Position numbers and translations under genes: made by a program. Positions 37,627-47,455 of a DNA stretch of 64,000 nt are shown one piece after another. Below the pieces are notes generated by a model. That model searched no databases and was not told the DNA's origin. It saw nothing but the letters and a program-made list of their open reading frames with translations. Position 1 is the stretch's first letter; each line of letters starts with the position of its first letter. This DNA comes from Minisyncoccota bacterium (GTDB taxonomy: Bacteria > Patescibacteriota > Minisyncoccia > Phycocordibacterales > VMEP01). Where the stretch lies: assembly GCA_041661305.1 (NCBI GenBank), contig JBAZUR010000001.1:33591-97590 (forward strand). Direction: 5' to 3'.

Positions 37627-37950
37627 ATGGCGAGACGCAAAAAACTGGTTCATAAGAGTATTTGGTTTGAGAGGACAAAGGCGAAAGATGGCACTGGGCC
37701 AAGGGAGAAGGCCTTTGCTCATACTTGGGAAAAGGAGAACGTTCCTCGGCGACATTTCCCGTTTTCCAATTCTTGTTCGCGCCTTGAAATGCTCATGCGC
37801 GATGAAGAAAAGTTGATTCCCGTGTCTCAGGAGTCAGCGACGGCAGTTGCGACGATTGTCCAGTGGCTTGGGTCAAATTGCGGGTGGGTCTTTCTCGAGG
37901 CGGCATTGCATAATGCCGGATACCGCATTGTTCCATTGAAAGAGAAGTGA
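37627..37950 (+). CDS. Hypothetical protein
   Basis: 107 aa. Followed by the terminator hairpin aatcgcccca-tgt-ggggcgatttttt at 37971-37996. Confidence 0.45.
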   Translation: MARRKKLVHKSIWFERTKAKDGTGPREKAFAHTWEKENVPRRHFPFSNSCSRLEMLMRDEEKLIPVSQESATAVATIVQWLGSNCGWVFLEAALHNAGYRIVPLKEK

Positions 37951-38038
37951 ATGGAACAACCGGAAAACAAAATCGCCCCATGTGGGGCGATTTTTTCTTG
38001 CATTTTGTGTTTAACTTTAGAGTGAGATATGTCTTTTT

Positions 38039-38116
38039 GAAAACATTGCGCAGGCCGACGAGGCCGAGCATAGCGATTCGCTAGCAAGCGAATACGCGTG
38101 TTTTCAAAAAGAGCAT
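38039..38116 (+). repeat. Intergenic structured motif R, copy 1
   Basis: gaaaacattgcgcag, GC hairpin ggccgacgaggcc, agcatagc, hairpin gattcgctagcaagcgaatac, gcgtgttttc. Shares boxes with copies at 41823 and 45464. Confidence 0.6.
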
Positions 38117-38128
38117 AGCGAGCGGTTT

Positions 38129-39274
38129 TTATTTCTTTTTCGATTCGTCTAAGTAGGTGAGCGTCATTCTTTGTTCCTTTGGTTCAAAGAAAGTGATTTG
38201 GAAGTTGTAAGTCTTTCCAAGCTCTAATGCTTCACGAATTTTTTCTTCAGAACCAAATTCGGAAACATGAGCCAATCCCGCGACACCTTCTTCGATTGAG
38301 ACAAGCGCACCGTGTTTGTTGAACTTAATAACAACACCATTCACGATATCGCCTTTTTTGTATCTCTTCTCGATACCTTTCCATGGGTTTTCCTTGAGAG
38401 CCTTGATGGATAAGGAAATCTTTCCTTCTTTGATTTCGATAACCTTGACCTTTATCTTGTCTCCAACTCTAAACATTGAGCGTGGATCTTCTACGAGACC
38501 CCAATCAATTTCCGAGATATGAACAAGACCTTCGAGACCATCTTCAATTTTAATGAAGACGCCGAAGTCGACAATGCCTGTCACTTCGCCAAGAAGTTCG
38601 TCGCCAACCTCAAACTTGGAAAGGACGGCATCTCGTTCCTTGTGATCTTCTCCTTTTTCAGAAAAGATAAGTTTTCCTTCTTTAGGACTTGCCGAGATGA
38701 TGTAAACACCAAGTTTTGTTCCAACGAGTTTCTTTAACTCACGCAAGATTTTGTCTTTGTCGCCATCTTCAACGCGTGGATAGTGTTCAGGTTTTAGTTG
38801 AGAAGCAGGGAGGAATCCAACGATACCTTGCCATTCAATAATAAGACCGCCCTTGTTTGCCTCTTTGATTGGAAGCTCAAGAGTTGTCTTTGCTTTGATT
38901 GCGGCCTCAGCGTCGCTCCAAATAAGAGCTTGGCGAGCCTCCTTGAGAGACAACTCAATATATCCATCTTCGTTTACAGTTGAAACAACCTTCGCTTTAA
39001 CAGAATCACCGATATTTATTTTTTTGATAATTTCTCGGGCATTTATAAATTCACGTCCGAAAATAATACCTGTTCCAAACGGCTTCAAATCAACAAACAC
39101 CGCTGCACGCTCAATTCCAATGACTGGTCCTTCAATCAAGTCCTCGTCTTTTAACATCGCGCCACTGTGCTCAACAACCATCTTAAGCGCATTCGCTTTT
39201 TTTAACGCCTCCTCGTATTCGGCTAATTCCGAAAAATCAGCTAAATCAAATTTCTCTTTCTTTTTTGCAGTCAT
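38129..39274 (-). CDS. rpsA: 30S ribosomal protein S1 (short four-S1-domain form)
   Basis: Repeated S1 OB-fold units (GxV.G.V..I..FGVF..I..G..GL.HISE). Confidence 0.8.
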   Translation of the reverse strand: MTAKKKEKFDLADFSELAEYEEALKKANALKMVVEHSGAMLKDEDLIEGPVIGIERAAVFVDLKPFGTGIIFGREFINAREIIKKINIGDSVKAKVVSTVNEDGYIELSLKEARQALIWSDAEAAIKAKTTLELPIKEANKGGLIIEWQGIVGFLPASQLKPEHYPRVEDGDKDKILRELKKLVGTKLGVYIISASPKEGKLIFSEKGEDHKERDAVLSKFEVGDELLGEVTGIVDFGVFIKIEDGLEGLVHISEIDWGLVEDPRSMFRVGDKIKVKVIEIKEGKISLSIKALKENPWKGIEKRYKKGDIVNGVVIKFNKHGALVSIEEGVAGLAHVSEFGSEEKIREALELGKTYNFQITFFEPKEQRMTLTYLDESKKK

Positions 39275-39455
39275 AATAATTAATTAAAAAAATCCGCCAC
39301 CTTATGCAGGTGAAGCGGAATATCTCCCAGATTCGCTTGTGTACTACTAAAACTGGAGCCAAGCGAGGTTAACTGGGAAATCCGCTGTTAATGACGAAAA
39401 GGTAACACAAAGCGGATAAAAGTTCAATGTTTTGTGGTGCTAAAAATAAAAAAGT

Positions 39456-39477
39456 AAAAGCCCGCATTATGCGGGCT
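39456..39477 (-). terminator. Rho-independent terminator (minus strand) closing the GC-rich non-coding region
   Basis: aagcccgc-atta-tgcgggctt preceded by an A-run on the plus strand (U-run in the minus-strand transcript). Confidence 0.6.
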
Positions 39478-39990
39478 TCCCCCAATCCGGGTTTCGGTTT
39501 AGGGTCGTCTCGGTGGACGTCTGTACGGCGCGTGGCGCAGTTTCTGGCACATGGCTGTCTCCAATTTGTTTTGGATGTTGCTTAGGGTTTTATTCGAACC
39601 CCGAGTTTTAAAACTCCTTTCTCTTGTTGAAGATTTAATTGAGGATTTGGCCGGGGCAACACTTTCGTGTGGTCGCCCCGGCCTCCCCAAACGCGGGAGG
39701 TTTTCCCGCGAACCAGATTGTCCGCCGGTGGAGTTTAGCCCAATGTGGGAATTCTCTCCGAGCGAGGCGCGACATCTGGCACTACCCCAACTTTCGTTGG
39801 GTACTTCTGGCTTGCCGTTGCCCTGGTTTCAGGTCGTGCCGGCGGCCGCGCAGTTGTCGCTGATCGTCTTGCCCTGGTTGATTTCGTTGAATTTTAAACA
39901 ACACTCCTCACTTGCCGTTGCCGGCGGTCCGTGCATATACATGGCGATCTCCTCTAGAACTTCAGCCTTTGGTTTTTTAGGTTAGAAACC
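39478..39990 (-). ncRNA. GC-rich structured non-coding RNA candidate of unknown class
   Basis: About 500 nt with no credible ORF. GC far above flanks. Minus-sense hairpins with GNRA loops (cccaacGAAAgttggg at 39785-39800; ggccggggc...acacGAAAgtgt...gccccggcc at 39651-39685) and cctccc/gggagg stems. Ends at a terminator. Confidence 0.4.
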
Positions 39991-40108
39991 AAGGGTACCA
40001 AAACCGCCCCTTTTTGGAACGTGCTACTAGGGAAAAGGTTAGCACGGAACTGTATTATTGTCAACCATTAAAAACTGGCTCAAATAAAGGAGTTTTTAGG
40101 TAATTAGT

Positions 40109-40200
40109 GTTTAAATTTCGTGGAAAAGTGCTTTTTTTCTTTCTTCAAAAAAGAGAACAAATGTTAACCACGCAAGAATGCTCATAGATCCGGCAATTCC
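40109..40200 (-). pseudogene. Duplicated 3' fragment of the MFS transporter gene (C-terminal ~30 codons)
   Basis: 40109-40187 is near-identical to 40528-40605, the 3' end of CDS 40529..41776. It encodes ...IAGSMSILAWLTFVLFFEERKKALFHEI*. Confidence 0.6.
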
Positions 40201-40257
40201 ACTAGAAAAATTTACCTAAAAAACAGAACAGAAATAGAAGTAGTATGAAAACGGAAA

Positions 40258-40296
40258 GGGCAGGGTATCTTGTTTTTGATACTCCTGCCCTTTTGG
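40258..40296 (+). terminator. Rho-independent terminator-like hairpin
   Basis: gggcagggtatc-ttgtttttga-tactcctgccc followed by TTTTGG. Confidence 0.45.
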
Positions 40297-40528
40297 TGTG
40301 TAGGTCACCACCCTTAAAACATAGTCGGGTGGGATACGAACATCCTACCTTTGGCCTTAATCGCTGGGAGACCACCAGATTGCGAGCACTACCCGCGGCG
40401 TAAAGTGCGACTTTTGTATAATCCCGGGCGCCTTCCCGTGTTGCATCTTTAGCTATTCTAGCTTAATTCGTTATTTTTGTCAATAGCTAAAATACCCTTT
40501 AAACAAAAGGTATTTTGGTGGTTAGTAT

Positions 40529-41776
40529 TTAAACCTCGTGGAAAAGTGCTTTTTTTCTTTCTTCAAAAAAGAGAACAAATGTTAACCACGCAAGAATGCT
40601 CATGGCGCCAGCTATTAAAATCGGAAGATTAATTGATATTGTCGCGGCAAACCCGGCGAGTATTGGAGGGAGGGCTTGGGCAAGGGATTGAATTGATTGA
40701 TTTATTCCCAAAATTTCACCTTGTGACTCTTTGTCGGCCAAATTGGAAACAATAGCGTTATAGTTTGGCATTGTGAGTCCATTCCAAATTGAAATAAATG
40801 GAATGATTAGATAAATATAAATTGCTTGGTCCGGTAAAAGTAAAAAAGGGAAAGTTAAACCAAGGAGAAGGGTTGAAAAACGGAGAATTTTTACTGGCGC
40901 AAATTTAAAGGAAAGTGGGCGCACGATAAGCCCTTGAGTTAGTGCTATGCATAGTCCCATGTACGCAAAAAGATTTCCGAGGTTGCTTTGAGTAAATTCA
41001 AATTTGTTTATAAGAAACACTTGGAAAAATTGAGTGAAAAATGCAAATCCAAACGATAAAAGAAAAATGACAATAAAAATAACGCGGAGGTTTTCCATAT
41101 GAAAAGCTTTTTCTATGTTTTTGAATCCGGTCAGAATAGATATTTTTCTGTGGATCCTTGTTTTTAGTGTTTCTTCAAATTGGAAATAAATTAGTATGAT
41201 GTTTAAGAACGTAAGTATTGAGGAGAATAAAAATGGCGTTGCGTAATTAAAAGAGCTGTAGACTAATGGGTCAGATAGCTTCCCGCCTAAAAACGGACCG
41301 ATAATAAATCCTAAACCGAGCATCATTCCTACAAGTCCGAAATTACGTACTTTGGTGCGCTCATCGCTTATGTCGGCAATGGCACTATAAGCAACAGATA
41401 AACTTCCTCCAGAAAACCCAGAAAGAATACGCCCGAGGAATATAACAGGAAGGCTGGCCGTTATTATTCCAATAGCTGTGAGTAAGTACCCTGCGAGCAT
41501 TCCACCAAGGGAAGCTAGAAAAATTGGCTTTCGGCCGATTCTATCTGATAGTCCACCCAAAATAGGAGAACCAAAAAATTGGGCAATTGGATAGCACGCA
41601 AGAAGAAAACCCAAAATTATGTTACGAAAGGCGACGCCGTATGAAGGGGGGAGAATCCCCGTTTGGTGCATATCAAGAAGTAATGGGGCGAAAATTGGGA
41701 TGACAATACCAAAGCCGACCAAGTCGATAAAGACAATAGTGATTATGGGTAGTAGGGGGTTTTTTCTAGCGAGCAT
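40529..41776 (-). CDS. MFS transporter
   Basis: 12 TM helices and the GGLSDRIGRKP MFS motif A. Confidence 0.8.
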   Translation of the reverse strand: MLARKNPLLPIITIVFIDLVGFGIVIPIFAPLLLDMHQTGILPPSYGVAFRNIILGFLLACYPIAQFFGSPILGGLSDRIGRKPIFLASLGGMLAGYLLTAIGIITASLPVIFLGRILSGFSGGSLSVAYSAIADISDERTKVRNFGLVGMMLGLGFIIGPFLGGKLSDPLVYSSFNYATPFLFSSILTFLNIILIYFQFEETLKTRIHRKISILTGFKNIEKAFHMENLRVIFIVIFLLSFGFAFFTQFFQVFLINKFEFTQSNLGNLFAYMGLCIALTQGLIVRPLSFKFAPVKILRFSTLLLGLTFPFLLLPDQAIYIYLIIPFISIWNGLTMPNYNAIVSNLADKESQGEILGINQSIQSLAQALPPILAGFAATISINLPILIAGAMSILAWLTFVLFFEERKKALFHEV

Positions 41777-41822
41777 AAAAATTGGAAAGACTCTTTGTGT
41801 TTAATTATCCCAAAATACTCTT

Positions 41823-41890
41823 GAAAAACATTGCGCAGCGTGACGACGCGAGCATAGTTGATTCAGCTGGAATCATATCGCGCAATCGTC
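41823..41890 (+). repeat. Intergenic structured motif R, copy 2
   Basis: gaaaaacattgcgcag, hairpin cgtgacgacgcg, agcatagt, hairpin tgattcagctggaatcat. Confidence 0.55.
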
Positions 41891-41992
41891 CATTTAAGCG
41901 CGATTTTCTTCAGCAGAAAATTATACGTGTTTTGAAAGAGTATTTTAAAAAGACTTCAAACCAACCAAAATATTTGGTATAGTCATTGGAAT

Positions 41993-42625
41993 ATGATTAT
42001 TACACACTACGGCAAACAATTTTTCAAGGTTCAGCTCGGAGATACGACGCTTGCTTTCAATCCAATTTCAAAAGATTCAAAAGTAAGGGCTGCGCGTTTT
42101 GGCGCTGATGTTGCACTTTCTTCTATTAATCACCCCGACTATAACGGGGTTGATACTGTTGTGTATGGAGAAAAAGAGCCACTCGCAATTACAGGACCAG
42201 GAGAATACGAAACGCGCGGAGTTTTTATAAAGGGAATTCCCACAGAAGTAACTATTGGAGGAAAAAAATACATTAATACAATTTATCTTTTTGAACTCGA
42301 CAATATAAAAATTTGTTTTCTTGGCGCATATGCAGGGAAACAATTACCAGCGGTGACGAACGAAGCAATCGAAGAGATTGATATACTTTTTGTTGCGATT
42401 GATGGAAATGAGCGAGTAACACCAGCAGATGCATATGCTTTGGCTATTTCTCTTGAACCAAAAATTATTATTCCGATGGATTACGATGAAAATACAAAAG
42501 CCCTCAAAACATTTTTAAAAGAAGGGGACGCAGAAGAGGTGAAAGGTCTCGATAAGTACACAGTTAAGAGGAAAGATTTAGAGGGGTGCGCAGGGGATAT
42601 TGTTGTTTTAGATTCACAATCATAA
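41993..42625 (+). CDS. Metallo-beta-lactamase-fold hydrolase-like protein (motifs degenerate)
   Basis: MIITHYGKQFFKV...GADVALSSINHPDYNG resembles the UPF0173/MBL-fold family, but the HxHxDH motif is incomplete. Confidence 0.45.
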   Translation: MIITHYGKQFFKVQLGDTTLAFNPISKDSKVRAARFGADVALSSINHPDYNGVDTVVYGEKEPLAITGPGEYETRGVFIKGIPTEVTIGGKKYINTIYLFELDNIKICFLGAYAGKQLPAVTNEAIEEIDILFVAIDGNERVTPADAYALAISLEPKIIIPMDYDENTKALKTFLKEGDAEEVKGLDKYTVKRKDLEGCAGDIVVLDSQS

Positions 42626-42627
42626 AC

Positions 42628-42900
42628 ATGCAAGAATTAGAAAAATTTTTAGCAGATCTCCGAACAAAACCACTACACGTTAGAAAGACGATTTTAGTTG
42701 TTACCACATCGGTAATTACACTTTTTGTTGCGATTACTTGGGGGTATTCATTTCAAGGGAAGTTGGCACAGCTAAATGGAGAGAGGGTAATTGCAGCGAC
42801 AGCCGCTGCGCCAACTGTACTTATTGGAAAAGAAGCCTCTAGTTTTTGGGGTGGAGTTTCTGGTTTAGTTTCAGAATTAAAACATCAATTATCGTTTTAA
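42628..42900 (+). CDS. Hypothetical small membrane protein
   Basis: 90 aa with one TM helix (ILVVTTSVITLFVAITWGY). Confidence 0.35.
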   Translation: MQELEKFLADLRTKPLHVRKTILVVTTSVITLFVAITWGYSFQGKLAQLNGERVIAATAAAPTVLIGKEASSFWGGVSGLVSELKHQLSF

Positions 42901-42947
42901 AACTGCTTTCAAAATCAGCTCATTTGTGCTAGAATATCCGAAATAAT

Positions 42948-45407
42948 ATGGCTAAAGAGAAGGATTTGGAAATAAAAGAGGAACGAAAAGACGGGGTAGT
43001 GCCCGTCAATATTAGTTCTGAAATGAAGGAGTCATACCTCGACTATGCGATGTCGGTTATTACCCAGCGCGCTCTTCCTGATGTCCGCGACGGATTGAAG
43101 CCGGTGCATCGCCGTATCCTTTATGCGATGAACGAGATGGGACTTAATTCGTCTGCAAAATTTAGAAAATCAGCTGCAGTTGTTGGAGATGTTTTGGGAA
43201 AGTATCACCCGCACGGAGACGTGGCTGTTTATGACACCATGGTCAAAATGGCTCAAACTTTCTCCTATCGCTACCCACTTATTTTAGGTCAAGGAAACTT
43301 TGGTTCAATCGATGGTGACTCTGCTGCAGCAATGCGTTATACCGAAGCAAAAATGTCTCGTCTTTCCGGCGATCTTCTAAATGACATTGATAAAAATACT
43401 GTTGATTTTCGTCCAAACTATGATGGTTCAAGAAAAGAACCGATTGTATTACCAGCAGCAATGCCAAATCTTGTTTTAAACGGAACGCTTGGAATTGCTG
43501 TCGGTATGGCCACGAACATTCCCCCACACAATATTAGTGAGGTTATTGATGCCTGCGTCACTCTTATAGATAAAGATGATGTGACAAACGAGGATATTTT
43601 AATGCACATCAAAGGTCCAGATTTTCCTACTGGAGGAATGATTTTTGCTGACAAAGAAATGCGTCACGCATATGCGTCTGGTCGTGGTGGTGTCGTTTGT
43701 CGCGGTGAGGCAGAAATTTTGGAAACAAAACAGGACCAGTTTCAAATTATAATCACCTCCATTCCTTACCGCGTGAACAAAAGCGAGCTTATTGTTCATA
43801 TTGCAGATCTTGTTCGCGACAAAAAACTAGAGGGTATTAAAGACATTAGAGACGAATCAACAAGAGATATTCGTGTTGTTATCGATTTGAAAAACGGCAT
43901 TCATCCTCAGAAGGTTTTGAACTATATCTATAAGCATTCAGAGCTTGAGACAACTTTCCACTTCAATACCCTTGCTCTCCTCGACGGTGTTCCACAAACA
44001 CTTTCATTTAAGTCTATGCTCGAAGCATTTTTGGCTCATAGGCAAGTTGTTATAAGGCGCCGAACACAATTTGATTTGGACAAAGCCCTTGAACGTGAGC
44101 ATATTTTGATTGGTTTGAAGAAAGCACTCGATCATATTGAGGCGATTATTAAGACGATCAAAAAATCAAAAGATACTCCGACTGCTCAACTCAATTTGAT
44201 GAAGGAGTTTAAATTCTCTGATAGGCAAGCGAATGCAATTCTTGAGATGCGTTTGCAAAAACTCGCCGGGCTTGAGCGCAAAAATATTGAACTTGAATTA
44301 GAAGAAAAGCAAAAGCTAATCAAAGAGTTGAAAACACTTTTGGCTAGTGAGAAAAAAATACTTGATTTGATTAAGACAGAAATGCTTGAAATTAAAGCAA
44401 AGTATGGAGATGCTCGTCGCACAAAAGTTGTCCGTGGTGGAGTAAAGGAAATTTCTGACGAAGATTTGGTTGAAGACAAAGAGTCTGCGCTTGTGTTTAC
44501 GCAAGGCGGATATGTTAAGCGTACCGACCCAGCAGAGTATCGTGTTCAAAAACGTGGAGGAGTTGGTGTTGTTGATTTAAATACAAAAGAAGAAGACATT
44601 GTTTCGCTGTTGATTACAACATCAACGCATAGCGACCTTTTGTTCTTTACAGACAAAGGGAAGGCATACCAAATGAAAATGTATGATATTCCAGAGGGAA
44701 GACGCGCAACTCGCGGAAAATCAATTATGAATTTCCTATCGCTTTCTGCGGAAGAAAATGTCACCTCGATTTTGCCGATGCCAAAATCACTTAAGGATGA
44801 AAAAATGTCACTCGCAATGCTTACCAAGAACGGAACTATCAAAAAGGTTTCCGCGGATAGTTTCAAAGATGTTCGAAGAAGTGGGCTTATTGCTATCAAA
44901 CTTGAACAAGGAGACGAGCTTCTCTCAGCTTTCTTTGCGCGTAAAGGAGATAGTATTATTCTTGCAACCAAAAAAGGACAATCAATTCGCTTTGAGGAGT
45001 CTGATGTGCGTGAGATGGGACGAGCTGCAGGTGGGGTGCGCGGAGTGAAGCTTGGAAAAGGGGACGCTGTTGTTGGTGCAGATGTTGTGCGCCCTGATTT
45101 TAAGAACCCAAACATGCTCGTGATGATGGAAAATGGTTATGGAAAGCGTACTCCAATGAAAGAATATAAAATACAAAAACGTGGTGGTTCAGGAATGAAG
45201 ACAGCAAAAACTACCCCAAAAACAGGTAACGTCATCGCGGCCAAAATAGTGACCGACGAGCTTACACAAGTTATCGCGATGTCTAAGAAGAGTCAGGTTG
45301 TGAAAGTTGACCTCTCAACCATTCCTGTTTTGGGACGCGCTACTCAAGGTGTGCGCATTATGAAGCCAAGAGAGGGGGATAGTTTAGCTTCACTTACTTG
45401 TCTTTAA
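42948..45407 (+). CDS. gyrA: DNA gyrase subunit A
   Basis: [28 protein letters not shown], active-site Tyr region and GyrA-box beta-pinwheel repeats. Confidence 0.9.
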   Translation: MAKEKDLEIKEERKDGVVPVNISSEMKESYLDYAMSVITQRALPDVRDGLKPVHRRILYAMNEMGLNSSAKFRKSAAVVGDVLGKYHPHGDVAVYDTMVKMAQTFSYRYPLILGQGNFGSIDGDSAAAMRYTEAKMSRLSGDLLNDIDKNTVDFRPNYDGSRKEPIVLPAAMPNLVLNGTLGIAVGMATNIPPHNISEVIDACVTLIDKDDVTNEDILMHIKGPDFPTGGMIFADKEMRHAYASGRGGVVCRGEAEILETKQDQFQIIITSIPYRVNKSELIVHIADLVRDKKLEGIKDIRDESTRDIRVVIDLKNGIHPQKVLNYIYKHSELETTFHFNTLALLDGVPQTLSFKSMLEAFLAHRQVVIRRRTQFDLDKALEREHILIGLKKALDHIEAIIKTIKKSKDTPTAQLNLMKEFKFSDRQANAILEMRLQKLAGLERKNIELELEEKQKLIKELKTLLASEKKILDLIKTEMLEIKAKYGDARRTKVVRGGVKEISDEDLVEDKESALVFTQGGYVKRTDPAEYRVQKRGGVGVVDLNTKEEDIVSLLITTSTHSDLLFFTDKGKAYQMKMYDIPEGRRATRGKSIMNFLSLSAEENVTSILPMPKSLKDEKMSLAMLTKNGTIKKVSADSFKDVRRSGLIAIKLEQGDELLSAFFARKGDSIILATKKGQSIRFEESDVREMGRAAGGVRGVKLGKGDAVVGADVVRPDFKNPNMLVMMENGYGKRTPMKEYKIQKRGGSGMKTAKTTPKTGNVIAAKIVTDELTQVIAMSKKSQVVKVDLSTIPVLGRATQGVRIMKPREGDSLASLTCL

Positions 45408-45463
45408 TCTAATTCTGTTTTTTTGTTGGTATTTTTTTTCTTTATCATTCCGTTTTTATTTTT

Positions 45464-45532
45464 AAAAACATTACGGAGCGCGACGGCGCGAGTATAGCAA
45501 TCCGCCAGCAGGCGGATATGCGTGTTTTTGGA
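45464..45532 (+). repeat. Intergenic structured motif R, copy 3
   Basis: aaaaacattacggag, hairpin cgcgacggcgcg, agtatagc, hairpin aatccgccagcaggcggata, tgcgtgtttttgg. Confidence 0.55.
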
Positions 45533-45617
45533 AATAAAAGCAAAATTTATATAAGCAAGGTATACACAAAAGCTTGCTCTATGGTCTAATAACTTTTATA
45601 ATTTAAGCAAGTAATTT

Positions 45618-46151
45618 ATGGCTTTTTTAGTTCCTAATGAAATTGTAAAAAATCTTTCTATTGAAGAGGGGATGGTTATTGCCGACATCGGCGCAGGCTC
45701 TGGTTCGTTTGTAATTCCACTCGCATATTTTGTAGGGAATACTGGGCACGTCTATGCAATTGATATAAATAAAGAAGTTTTGGTTAAGGTAAAAAAGGAC
45801 GCGGCTTCTGCTCAGCTTTCTAATATAGAGATTATTTGGGGCGATGCGGAGAAGTCTGGTGGAACAAAATTGGCCGATAGCTCTGTTGATTTTGTTATTA
45901 TTTCAAACATTCTTTTTCAGACTGAAAATAAGAAAGGTTTGGTTGAAGAAGTTAGACGTATTTTAAAGATGAAGGGGAAGGTTGCTGTTATAGATTGGAC
46001 CGGTTCTTTTGGTGGGCTTGGACCAAAAGAGAACACTGTCTTTTCGCTTGCTAATGCACAGAAACTTTTTACTGATTTTTCATTTGCAGAGTATAATAAA
46101 TTCGATGCCGGTGATTACCACTACGGTATTACTTTTGTAAAAAATAAATGA
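45618..46151 (+). CDS. Class I SAM-dependent methyltransferase
   Basis: VIADIGAGSGSFVIPLA motif I. Confidence 0.75.
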   Translation: MAFLVPNEIVKNLSIEEGMVIADIGAGSGSFVIPLAYFVGNTGHVYAIDINKEVLVKVKKDAASAQLSNIEIIWGDAEKSGGTKLADSSVDFVIISNILFQTENKKGLVEEVRRILKMKGKVAVIDWTGSFGGLGPKENTVFSLANAQKLFTDFSFAEYNKFDAGDYHYGITFVKNK

Positions 46152-47452
46152 AACCATTTCAGATTATTGTTCTTGCGATATTTTCCGTTTTTTTAATAAT
46201 TGGGGTTCTTATTTTTTCTGGGATTATAAAACTTCCAGGAAGTGGAGAGAATAATGGTGTTTCAGGGGAAGTTGTTATTTGGGGGACTTTACCAACTTCG
46301 TATTTTGATAAAATATTTAGTGATTTTAATCAAAGTCACCAAAAAGAATCATTTTCTGTTCGCTATATTGAAAAAGATCAGAGTACTTTTGATAGTAACT
46401 TAGTTGAGTCAATTGCCGCTGGTGTTGGCCCAGACCTTGTTTTTTTACCGCAGGATCTTTTTTTGCGCCACTCAAGCAAGATCTACCCTCTTTCCTTACA
46501 GACAGTCTCAGAGAGAGATTTTAAAAATACTTTCATTGAGGAAGGGGAACTATTTTTCTTTAATGGAAACGCTCTCGCAATACCATTCACTATTGACCCG
46601 ATGATGTTGTATTGGAATCGCGACTATTTTTCTGCGGCAGGTTTTTCAAAGCCACCACAATATTGGGAAGAATTTTTTTCAATGATTCCACAGCTCACCT
46701 CTAAAGATGGCGCTACAAATATAATAAAAAGTGGAGTTGCTTTTGGCGAATCAAAAAATATTTCAAACGCTAAGGATATTCTTGCGATGCTCATAATGCA
46801 GGCTGGAAGCAATATTGTTTCCTACTCTCCTTCAAAAGGAGTGGAAGTGTCTTTGAGTCAGAACAATACGAGCGGTATTCAGGCTGGTGAGGCAGCCCTA
46901 CAGTTTTATTCAGAGTTCTCTGATCCAGTTAAGGAGCATTACTCTTGGAATAAATCCCTACCTTCTTCTAGGAGTATGTTTTTGGCGGGCGATTTGGCAA
47001 TGTATTTTGGATACGCAAGCGAGATTTCAGATTTACGAGCACGAAATCCACATTTAAATTTTGATATCGCAATGGTTCCACAAACAAAAGGGGCTAGTAA
47101 AAAAACAACGTTTGGAAAAATGCACGGCCTCGCAACACTCAAAAGCTCAAAGAATTTGGCGACAGCTCTTTACATCGAAGTTCTGTTGTCCCAACCTGAT
47201 TTTATGAAAAACATCCCAACATATTCATATCTACCGCCAACACGTCGTGACTTGCTACAAGTTCGCCCTTCTGATCCATACCTTTCAATTTTTTATGACG
47301 CAGCCATTATTTCCAGAGCTTGGCTTGACCCGGCTCCTAAAGAAACCAGTATTATTTTTGCTAACATGATTGATAATGTTGTTTCTGGAAGATTTAGACC
47401 ACAAGAAGCTGTGGCAGACACCGCGTCACAATTAGAAAGATTGATTAAATAA
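46148..47452 (+). CDS. Extracellular solute-binding protein-like (family 1 SBP fold), membrane anchored
   Basis: N-terminal TM anchor and periplasmic-binding-protein-like layout. No adjacent permease genes. Confidence 0.5.
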   Translation: MKPFQIIVLAIFSVFLIIGVLIFSGIIKLPGSGENNGVSGEVVIWGTLPTSYFDKIFSDFNQSHQKESFSVRYIEKDQSTFDSNLVESIAAGVGPDLVFLPQDLFLRHSSKIYPLSLQTVSERDFKNTFIEEGELFFFNGNALAIPFTIDPMMLYWNRDYFSAAGFSKPPQYWEEFFSMIPQLTSKDGATNIIKSGVAFGESKNISNAKDILAMLIMQAGSNIVSYSPSKGVEVSLSQNNTSGIQAGEAALQFYSEFSDPVKEHYSWNKSLPSSRSMFLAGDLAMYFGYASEISDLRARNPHLNFDIAMVPQTKGASKKTTFGKMHGLATLKSSKNLATALYIEVLLSQPDFMKNIPTYSYLPPTRRDLLQVRPSDPYLSIFYDAAIISRAWLDPAPKETSIIFANMIDNVVSGRFRPQEAVADTASQLERLIK

Positions 47453-47455
47453 AAT

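Noticed and set aside
39551-39985. 144-aa plus-strand ORF (and the 74-aa and 63-aa ORFs) in the GC-rich block
   Set aside because: Amino-acid composition and codon usage are implausible (Pro/Leu/Arg-rich, no motifs). The region is better explained as a structured RNA or a pseudogenised insert.
39478-39990. tmRNA (ssrA) hypothesis for the GC-rich non-coding region
   Set aside because: There is no tRNA-like 3' end (no GGTTCGA T-arm followed by an acceptor stem and CCA). There is no plausible tag-peptide reading frame ending in a hydrophobic tail. The 5' end lacks the GGGG...tRNA-like pairing.
40300-40440. Possible additional tRNA or SRP RNA between the MFS fragment copy and the MFS gene
   Set aside because: No acceptable cloverleaf (T-stem and acceptor pairing both fail). 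No SRP domain-IV GGAAG/AGCAG motif found.
41782-41982. 66-aa ORF between the MFS and MBL-fold genes
   Set aside because: It overlaps repeat motif R copy 2 and the divergent promoter region. No homology. Probably non-coding.
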